Assembly (NCBI GenBank): GCA_963666835.2 | Contig: CAXXGO010000001.1 | Span: 544,001 to 608,000 of the forward strand | DNA from: Phycisphaerae bacterium | GTDB lineage: Bacteria > Planctomycetota > Phycisphaerae > UBA1845 | DNA: 64,000 nt | Direction: 5' to 3' | In this document: piece after piece, positions 56,493-64,000 of the stretch | Layout: the number at the start of each line of letters is the position of its first letter | How positions within the stretch are numbered: position 1 is the stretch's first letter | The notes under the pieces: generated by a model | What the model was told of the DNA's origin: nothing | The model's database searches: none | Seen by the model: the letters and a program-made list of their open reading frames with translations, nothing else | Translations under genes and position numbers: made by a program

Positions 56493-58229
56493 ATGGAGCC
56501 AAAGCCAACCGTGGCCTATTTTTCGATGGAGATCGGCCTGGATCCGGCCGTGCCGACGTACAGCGGTGGCCTCGGCGTGCTTGCAGGGGACTCCCTGCGT
56601 GCGGCCGCCGATCTCAAGTTGCCCATGGTCGCGGTGACACTGGTTCACCGGCGAGGCTACTTCTATCAACGCCTCGACGCTCAGGGGAACCAGACCGAGG
56701 AACCCGTGGATTGGCCGCTCGACGACTATCTGAAGCCGCTTGAGCTTCGAACGACGGTGACGCTCGAAGGGCGTCAGGTGCAGATCGCCGCCTGGCAGTT
56801 CGATGTCGTGGGGGTAGGTGGTTTCACCGTTCCGGTGGTCCTCCTTGACACCGATGTGCCCGAGAATGCCGAGGATGACCGGTCGATCACGCATCATCTT
56901 TACGGAGGAGACTCGCGCTATCGACTGCGGCAGGAGGCTGTCCTGGGAATCGGCGGCGTACGCATGCTCCGGGCGTTGGGCCTTCGCGAGCTCGAACGGT
57001 ACCACATGAATGAAGGCCACGCAGCCCTGTTGGTGCTGGAACTGCTTAAGGAGGAGTCCAGCGTTCGGCAGGTTGGCCCGGCCGAGCAGCCTGTCGTGGA
57101 TGCGGTCCGGCGCCTGTGCGTCTTCACCACACACACGCCGGTCGAGGCCGGGCACGACAAGTTCCCGATCGATCTCGCTCGCGATGTTCTGGAGCCGGAA
57201 CTCATCCAGATACTAACGTCCACCGAGGGGCAGGACGCGCTTTGCTGTGACAAACTCTTGAACATGACCTTCTTGGGGTTCGCCCTCAGCCACTACATCA
57301 ATGGAGTGGCCAAACGACACGGCGAGGTCTCCCGGCAGATGTTCGGGCAATATCCGATCGATGCGATCACCAACGGCATCCACTCAGCGACCTGGACGGT
57401 ACCGCCGGTTGCGGAGATGTTCGATAAGTACATCCCGGGTTGGCGTGAGGACACCGCCAGTCTCCGATACGCGATGTCAATAGATCGCGACGTGCTGTGG
57501 AATGCACACTCTGCGGCCAAACGTCGCTTGATTGAAGAGGTGAATCGAGATACGAACGCGGGGTTCGATCAGGATGTCTTCACCATCGGCTTCGCACGAC
57601 GGGCGACAGCCTACAAACGCCCCGATCTGATTCTGACGGACATGGATCGTCTCAAACGCGTTGCGCGGGACGTCGGCGCCTTGCAGTTGGTGTACGCGGG
57701 CAAAGCTCACCCGAACGACGGTCAGGGCAAGGAGACCATTCGAGCCATTGTCGGCGCCTGCCGCGCGCTCCACCCAGAGATTCGCGCTACGTACCTTCCC
57801 AATTATGACATGGAGAGGTGCCAACTGATGGTGGCCGGCGTGGACCTCTGGTTGAACACGCCGCAGCCGCCGTTGGAGGCTTCCGGTACGAGTGGTATGA
57901 AAGCCGCCGTCAACGCTGTGCCGTCGCTCAGCGTTCTTGATGGATGGTGGCTGGAGGGCTGCATCGAAGGAGTAACCGGTTGGGCCATCGGCGATGACCC
58001 CGTGACACGCGATCCAGACGCACGCCCATCAGTTCCACCGTCAGACGAGGCTCGCCGGCGCGATGCCGACTTGCTCTATCGCAAGCTGGAGGAAGTCATC
58101 TTGCCGTTGTTCTACAGCAATCGGACTGGGTACGTCGACGTGATGCGTCTTGCGATTGCCATCAACGGCTCGTTCTTCAACACGCGGCGCATGATGCAGA
58201 ACTACGTGGCCAAAGCGTACTTTGAGTAG
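56493..58229 (+). CDS. glgP: Alpha-glucan phosphorylase
   Basis: YSGGLGVLAGD, NEGH, EASGTSGMK. Confidence 0.95.
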   Translation: MEPKPTVAYFSMEIGLDPAVPTYSGGLGVLAGDSLRAAADLKLPMVAVTLVHRRGYFYQRLDAQGNQTEEPVDWPLDDYLKPLELRTTVTLEGRQVQIAAWQFDVVGVGGFTVPVVLLDTDVPENAEDDRSITHHLYGGDSRYRLRQEAVLGIGGVRMLRALGLRELERYHMNEGHAALLVLELLKEESSVRQVGPAEQPVVDAVRRLCVFTTHTPVEAGHDKFPIDLARDVLEPELIQILTSTEGQDALCCDKLLNMTFLGFALSHYINGVAKRHGEVSRQMFGQYPIDAITNGIHSATWTVPPVAEMFDKYIPGWREDTASLRYAMSIDRDVLWNAHSAAKRRLIEEVNRDTNAGFDQDVFTIGFARRATAYKRPDLILTDMDRLKRVARDVGALQLVYAGKAHPNDGQGKETIRAIVGACRALHPEIRATYLPNYDMERCQLMVAGVDLWLNTPQPPLEASGTSGMKAAVNAVPSLSVLDGWWLEGCIEGVTGWAIGDDPVTRDPDARPSVPPSDEARRRDADLLYRKLEEVILPLFYSNRTGYVDVMRLAIAINGSFFNTRRMMQNYVAKAYFE

Positions 58230-58346
58230 GTCCAATCCCGAGTATGGCGTTGACGGCACTCGGCGGCTTGGCACCTGGTGACGCCGTGCGGAACAGTCCG
58301 CGAAACCTGATCTTGCCTTCCCCTGTCCAACGCTACTGCGGTTGAA

Positions 58347-59478
58347 TCACTCCTCCTTCTTCTTCGGCGGCCTACGGCTGAGCCACGTGGCGGTGATCAG
58401 GCCCAAGGCAAAGCCCACCAAGAGCGTGACAAAGAGCAGCACGGCCCGGGGCATCGTGATCGTGACAAGAAGCAACTTCGTTTCCACGGCCTGTGTATTC
58501 TGCAAGGCGACTATGACAGCTAGGATTGCGACTACGATCGCAATGACGATGCGTATTCGTGGCAGGAGCAGCCGACAAGGCTGCGGATCTTATGGGGTGA
58601 GAGTCCCCTCGCCGTCAGTTTCCCGGTTCGGACGGCTAGCTTATTCGATGCACGTGTCTGGTAACAGCACGTGTTCTGCTCGAACGAAAACGCCACGGCT
58701 GCCCTGCAGGCTCAGAACTGCAGCGGTGGGAGCGATCGGGGTGGCAAGCAAACTTGGAGGCCTGAACATTAGTGAATGGCTGCAGCTGCGAAAGTACGCC
58801 CGCTCGGGAAATCGCTGGAGCGGATTATTGCGGGAAAGCCGACCCGATTGCCATGCGGGGAAGGCCGACGTCATCGAGGGAAGAAACGGGAATGTGCACC
58901 TCGACGACCCGCCGCGGTAGGGGCCCAGGCATCCAAGGAAAGATCTGCAGAGATAACGTCGGGAAGGGCCATCTCCCAGCAGGGACTGGCGACAACCTGC
59001 GAAGACTCGCCGACCAAGGCAACGACCGTAGGCGGCGAGAGGGATTTGGTCCGGCGCATGGGCCCGTATGAGCGATGAAGGCGGGGTAATGCCCGCTGAC
59101 GTAGCCCGCGAGGCTGCGACGTGACGGGTAACGCCCGAAGCGTGCAAAGGGACCCTGGATACTAGGCGGTCCTGGGGCGCTCCCGGACATTGAGCCGGGA
59201 TCGAGCGTACCCTTAAAGAGTGGACGAGCGTCGCATGCAAACCACAGCCAAGAGGGGCGTATACGAGCCAGCGTTTGAGTTTCCTTGGTTGTGGGCAGGC
59301 AGTGGCGGGACAAGCCAAGGTCAGAACCGGACTCGGGAAATCCGACCGTCCGGGATCGTAGGGGGGCCTCGGGAAACGTGGCTCATGGTGGAACTGTGAA
59401 CCCACTCCGCAACCGAAAGGGCGGATCTGGAAACCCTCCACCTAAAAGCGCGCGCGCCCGAGTTCTATCCCGACCCAT
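58347..59478 (-). pseudogene. Small LapA/DUF1049-like membrane gene split by an antisense group II intron
   Basis: Removing 58559-59474 restores ATG GGA ATA CGC.. (MGIRIVIAIVV..LQNTQAV..) behind a GGAGG RBS. Confidence 0.75.
58559..59474 (+). mobile_element. ORF-less group II intron (916 nt)
   Basis: 5' GTGGC; domain V AACCGGACTCGGGAAATCCGACCGTCCGGGATCGTAGGGGGG; 3' end CTATCCCGAC; no RT ORF. Confidence 0.85.
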
Positions 59479-59613
59479 GTCCGATCCTCCAAATGAGATT
59501 ACTCGTTCGGTCAGCCGCCGGCTACACACTTCCAGCACCCGCCGGCTTCGAAATAAGCATCCCAACTACTCCGCCTGCTCTGAATCAGGCTCTGTCGGCG
59601 GCGACCCACGCTG

Positions 59614-59834
59614 TTGGAGGCGAGGGTCTTGATCGAGCGTTGGCGTGAGCACTACAACCGGGTGCGTCCGCACAGTTCATTGGGATACCGTCCGCCGGCT
59701 CCGGAGGCGTACTCGTTTCCGGTGCAAACGGCGGGCTGCGCTACGCTGCGCAGGGCTTCGCTCCGCCCGCCGCTTGCGGTTCACGAAGCCCTCGGACTAA
59801 CATAACAAGTGGTGTCACCCATGGGGGCGGGTCA
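59614..59834 (+). mobile_element. IS3-family 3' remnant
   Basis: WREHYNRVRPHSSLGYRPP and an end GGGGGCGGGTCA. Confidence 0.8.
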
Positions 59835-60203
59835 TACTCAGGGTTAAGGTCGCAGTCGGAATCGCTGACGGCTCCGACACGGATCTGGCCGAATGAATCC
59901 TTCATAGAGTCGCGGGAGCGACGGAACACGTCCTTCCTGACCCGGAACCCAAGGTCCTGTTTCTGGCTTTTGGCGAAAGCTCGCTGACTTTTGAACTGCG
60001 GGTTTTTGTTCCGAGCATCGACTACTACTTGAAAGTCAAACACGACCTGCTTAAGGCAATCGATCGCAAGTTCCGCGAGGAGCGCATCGAGATTGCATTC
60101 CCGCAACGTGACATTCATGTGCGCTCGATCCGTCAGGCGCTTCCGATCACCGGAGATAGCGCCACACTGATAGCGACCGAAGAACCGGCCGAGAAGCACT
60201 GAT
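59835..60203 (+). pseudogene. MscS mechanosensitive channel C-terminal fragment
   Basis: DPEPKVLFLAFGESSLTFELRVF..IEIAFPQRDIHV; 5' part missing and an internal stop present. Confidence 0.8.
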
Positions 60204-60259
60204 GGATTCGTCCCGCGAAAAGCCGGCAGCGGAGAATCGGAGCCGGGGTTGGCCGGCTT

Positions 60260-60592
60260 TCAACGCTGTAGGCAGCGGCGAACCCCGGTATGCCGCGCAA
60301 GCTTCAATGCGTCATCTTCGTCGGTCTTGCGATTGACGTTCTTCCACTTCCAGGGATCCTGAGTCGGGTCGGCCACCTGGATTGTGATGTCCATCTCGCT
60401 CACCAAGTCGTACACCCACCCCGCCAGTGGGCAGATCTCGATGACGACCAGGTCAGGGCGAAGTCGTTCAAGCAGATCTCGCAAGTTCGCCCGTCTCGTG
60501 GCAACCTCGCCAAAGGCTGCCTTGCCAGTGTTCGTGTGGAACTCGCAGAAGATGGACTTGCTCTTGGCCAGGTCGAGTGCGAGAATCGTCAT
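60260..60592 (-). pseudogene. Truncated IS110-family recombinase
   Basis: ILALDLAK, VVIE, RKTDEDDALKLAR (DEDD domain only). Confidence 0.85.
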
Positions 60593-61026
60593 TGCTGGGT
60601 CTCCCTTTTTGATGCTGTTAACATCTGTGGGCCGCCACCACGGCGGGCCCGTCAGTGGCCTGGGATTATCCATCCCGCCAAGGCCACAGGGAGGCCCGGC
60701 TTGCATAGTTTCTCCGGGTACCGACCCCGGAGGTAGTCCGGGTGCGTGCCAACCATAGCTGCCAGCGCGTTTGGAACCTGCCCACCGGTCCATGGGAGAC
60801 CTCCTTCGGATCGGGGAAGTTGACCTCGGTCCCGCGAGACAGTGTCAACGATGTCCAGCCTGGTCGACTGGCAATCATCCACTTGATGGCCGCCATAAGG
60901 TCCTCCGTGACAGACGCTTGCGCAAACGAATGCGCATCTCAACACGTGGCAGTTACCACTATACGGTGCGAGAGATTGCAGCACCGTGCACAGGATGATG
61001 GTCGTACCGCCTTGCGAGGGGCACAT

Positions 61027-61338
61027 TCAACTCCGATGGCCATAGATCTTGTTGACTTCGCGCGCAGCTCGCTCGATCTCGCGCAGGCGCGCAAGCGAGT
61101 AAGGTGGTGTACTCACGTTTCCTGGATGGCTGAGCCCTTCTGCGAAGCGCTGCAGCGCCTCTGTCGACGTATACGTCGTGCCGCCAACCTTAAGACTCTC
61201 GAGCTTGACACCACGTACGCCATGGTTGATCCAGCGGTACACCGAAGTGACGTGTACGCTCTTACCGCTTGGGCGCGGGGGCAGCTTCTGCGGAACCTGG
61301 CCAATCGGTATCAGCGTCTCCTCGCTCATGTCGATCAT
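61027..61338 (-). CDS. DUF1580 excisionase-like HTH protein
   Basis: VYRWINHGVRGVKLES..GGTTYTSTEALQRF. Confidence 0.8.
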   Translation of the reverse strand: MIDMSEETLIPIGQVPQKLPPRPSGKSVHVTSVYRWINHGVRGVKLESLKVGGTTYTSTEALQRFAEGLSHPGNVSTPPYSLARLREIERAAREVNKIYGHRS

Positions 61339-61716
61339 GAAATCCACTCCGTTTCTTCTTGCGCCGGTGCACGGTGAAAGACCGTGCACCAGGCCGGTAG
61401 GTCGTCCGATCCGACGTGGCTCGCCATCATACCTCGGAGCGGAGAACCGCGTCCTGCCAACATGCGACGGCCAGTTGAAGAGGCAGTCAAGTAGCGGAGC
61501 ACGCGTTCCGAGTACGCCTCCAAACACCTCATGTAACCCGCGAACGTCGACGCGCTCGGAATGCGATGAGTACGGGTACTTTTACGGGTACTCCGCCTGA
61601 ATTCCTTGTCCTTCTGTGTCCTCTGGTGTACCTTGGTGTCACTATGTGTCCCGCATCGAATGGCGATGCGGTCAAGATGTGGTGTTAAGGACGTTTAAGA
61701 GGGCTTCTAGGAAGAA

Positions 61717-61735
61717 TCGATTCCCCCCGCCTCCA
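61717..61735 (+). other. att core resembling a tmRNA (ssrA) 3' end
   Basis: TCGATTCCCCCCGCCTCCA (T-loop plus acceptor strand) 87 bp upstream of the integrase. Confidence 0.7.
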
Positions 61736-61822
61736 TTGAATTTCTGAGCTAGAATCCTTGATTTGTAAAGAATTCCGTATAAAATTATACGCGTTCTTGG
61801 CCCTGAAATCGAGGATTCTGAC

Positions 61823-63127
61823 ATGGCGAAACGAGGCAGAAAACCCAAGCATTACGTCACCTCGGACGGCGAAACCATCGTTGGTCTGACCAAGCGAGCC
61901 GACGGTCGTTTCGGGCCGGTTGGTGTGGCTGGCGTTGCGTTCGGCAGTGACGAAGCCACGGCCATCGCTCGGTTCCGCAAGTGGGAAGCTGAGCGGGATG
62001 GCACCGCTTGGGAGAAGCACGTCGGGGACGATCTCAAGGTCGATTCGATCTGGTACGGGATGCGGTTCACTGGTCCCGGCAAGTCAACTACTGCCGCCGG
62101 ACGACGCTTGGAGAAGATGGCCCTCGCCTATGTCGCCGAGTATAGGAAGTTCATCCGCAACCTTATCCTCACCAATCCCCACCAGGCGGCCATCGAACTC
62201 GACATCGAGGAGCTGAAGTGGTTCGACGAGTTCAGATCGCCTGGCCTATCGGTACGCCTTGAAGACATCGGTGAGGCCTACCGCAGCAAGCGCAAGAAGA
62301 TCAGCGATACCTGGCGGAGGAAAGTCAAGCGGTTCTGGAGCGAGTTTGTCGACGCAGTTGGCGTGGAGACCGTGGCCGAGATTTCGGCAGACGACATCAG
62401 CCGCTACCACAATATCGTGTGGGACGACTACGAGAAGAACGACAGGTCACCCACCTACGTCGCCCACCGCTTCCAGTGCATCAAGACGATGTTGAACCAT
62501 GCGATGAAACAGGGCAAGGACCACAAGCATATTCGTCGCGTCATCGATCTGTGTGCCATGTTTACGACTCCCGACAAGACCGGGACCGATCCTCACCCGA
62601 TATCGCGTGAACATTTCGACGCCCTGTTGGCGGTTTCGGACGCCAAGTGGACGGCCATGTTTCTGCTTGCTTTGAACGCTGCGTTCTATCCGTCGGAGGT
62701 TGCTGCGGTGAAGAAGTCGCATGTTGATCTTGATGCCGCAACGCTTGTCATGGATCGGAGCAAGACAGGCGTTCCCCGGATCGCGGTTCTCTGGAACCGC
62801 ACGGTCGAGGCGATCAGGGAATACTTGGACGGAAGCCGAAACGAGTCGGAGTACTTGTTCGTCTCAGCGACGGGTGCTCCATACAACGCCAACCACGCCA
62901 GCCGGAATTTCAGGCGTCGGCGAACCGAGGCCGAACTTCCGGATGAGGTGAAGTTCGACAACATCCGCGATGGAGCCTATACCGCCGCTGTGGAAGGAGG
63001 GGCCGATGTGAACCAAGCCAAAATGTTGGCTGGCCACCGTGTTGGAATCAGCGATCACTATCTCAAGCGGAATCCCAGTATGGTGGCCGACGCCTGCCGG
63101 GCTATCGAGGAGCGGTATTTCGGGTGA
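61823..63127 (+). CDS. Tyrosine recombinase/integrase
   Basis: RSKTG, FDNIRDGA, LAGH..DHY catalytic region. Confidence 0.88.
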   Translation: MAKRGRKPKHYVTSDGETIVGLTKRADGRFGPVGVAGVAFGSDEATAIARFRKWEAERDGTAWEKHVGDDLKVDSIWYGMRFTGPGKSTTAAGRRLEKMALAYVAEYRKFIRNLILTNPHQAAIELDIEELKWFDEFRSPGLSVRLEDIGEAYRSKRKKISDTWRRKVKRFWSEFVDAVGVETVAEISADDISRYHNIVWDDYEKNDRSPTYVAHRFQCIKTMLNHAMKQGKDHKHIRRVIDLCAMFTTPDKTGTDPHPISREHFDALLAVSDAKWTAMFLLALNAAFYPSEVAAVKKSHVDLDAATLVMDRSKTGVPRIAVLWNRTVEAIREYLDGSRNESEYLFVSATGAPYNANHASRNFRRRRTEAELPDEVKFDNIRDGAYTAAVEGGADVNQAKMLAGHRVGISDHYLKRNPSMVADACRAIEERYFG

Positions 63128-63195
63128 TAGGCTCGCCATCCGGGCTTACGGGTAATCGTAGCACTCCAGAATCCGTCATCACATCGACATTATCC

Positions 63196-64000
63196 TCACG
63201 CGAAGAGTTCTTCCCCAGGCTCGTCGGACTTGCGGGTTTTACGCCGATCTGCCAGATCTTTCAGGTCAAGGTGGTTCTTCTCTTCGGTCGTTGCGTCGCA
63301 CCCACTCAACGCCTTGAATGCCTCTGCGTTTACTTTCCTCATCACTCGATGGAGTTTATCGAGTATTGTGGGGTCTACAGTTCGAGGATCGGAGCGATGA
63401 TATGCGACATTGCATCGAATCAGCCGCTGAAGCAGATTCAGTGTGTCATCGCGTGACAGAGCAGTAGAAGACTCCGGAATCCAATGGTCCGCTTCAAGGC
63501 GACCTTTCTTCTTCTTCTTCCTCTTGATCTTCGCCCCCGCTTTCCTCGCGGTCTTTCTCCTTTCGGCCTCTCTCCTTGCGGCCTCTTTCTTTGCGGCCGC
63601 CTTCTTCCTCGACTCCAATTTGAGTTCTCGCACTGTCTTGGGCCGTGGACTCCTCAGCATGTATTCGATTTGACGCACGTCGCCAGCGTCTACAAAGCCG
63701 ACCTCCCGTTCGCACCCGCTTGCATCCATCACCGTTGCTATCTGCAGGACCTTCGCCCCTTCGCGGTTTTCGAGGCGAGCGATGGCCTTGCGAACCGTAT
63801 CGGCGTGCACACCGAGTTCCTTGGCGATCTCGGGGACCATGAGCGTTCCCTTCGGCCGATCCGCGTATCTCCTGTAGTCGGTCCGGAAGTAGATCAACTG
63901 CTTAATCTGTTCACCCGTGAACTTCCGGCCCCCGCCGGTTAGCACAGGTTCGATGCCAGCCTTCGCAGCGGTGCGACGCACCGTATCGGTCGAGCATTGC
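63196..64000 (-). CDS. Hypothetical HTH protein, start beyond the window
   Basis: VPEIAKELGVHADTVRKAI. Confidence 0.55.
   Translation of the reverse strand, partial: QCSTDTVRRTAAKAGIEPVLTGGGRKFTGEQIKQLIYFRTDYRRYADRPKGTLMVPEIAKELGVHADTVRKAIARLENREGAKVLQIATVMDASGCEREVGFVDAGDVRQIEYMLRSPRPKTVRELKLESRKKAAAKKEAARREAERRKTARKAGAKIKRKKKKKGRLEADHWIPESSTALSRDDTLNLLQRLIRCNVAYHRSDPRTVDPTILDKLHRVMRKVNAEAFKALSGCDATTEEKNHLDLKDLADRRKTRKSDEPGEELFA

Noticed and set aside
58641..59441. ORFs inside the intron as a maturase
   Set aside because: No RT motifs such as YADD; these are translations of the structured RNA.
61601..61650. CRISPR array
   Set aside because: The period is 10 bp with no spacers and there are no cas genes. 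No CRISPR array was seen in the window.

Overview
GC-rich bacterial DNA, probably Planctomycetota/Phycisphaerae (inferred from DUF1580, DUF2294 paralogues and YXWGXW-type proteins). It looks like an accessory stress, ion-homeostasis and dormancy island. From left to right: the end of one ATP synthase gamma gene; an outer-membrane gene broken by an IS1595 that is itself broken by an IS21; a CBS/diadenylate cyclase/DHH/MgtE cassette; groEL-GT4-CorA-USP-HPF-Prx; a complete N-ATPase operon with inserted passengers; DnaJ, PFK, NYN, TerC, M50 protease and RND genes; a sHSP/SPFH/DUF2294 cluster; pckA and glgP; an ORF-less group II intron; IS debris; and a tmRNA-type att site between an excisionase-like gene and a tyrosine integrase. 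The top candidate for an undescribed system is a ~150-160 nt structured leader present in five copies. It has a 5' hairpin, a conserved core and an overlapping intrinsic terminator with compensatory changes. Every copy lies next to or near a DUF2294/MpsC-family gene, suggesting a riboswitch or protein-dependent antitermination regulon. All family assignments come from motif recognition by eye; no searches were run.
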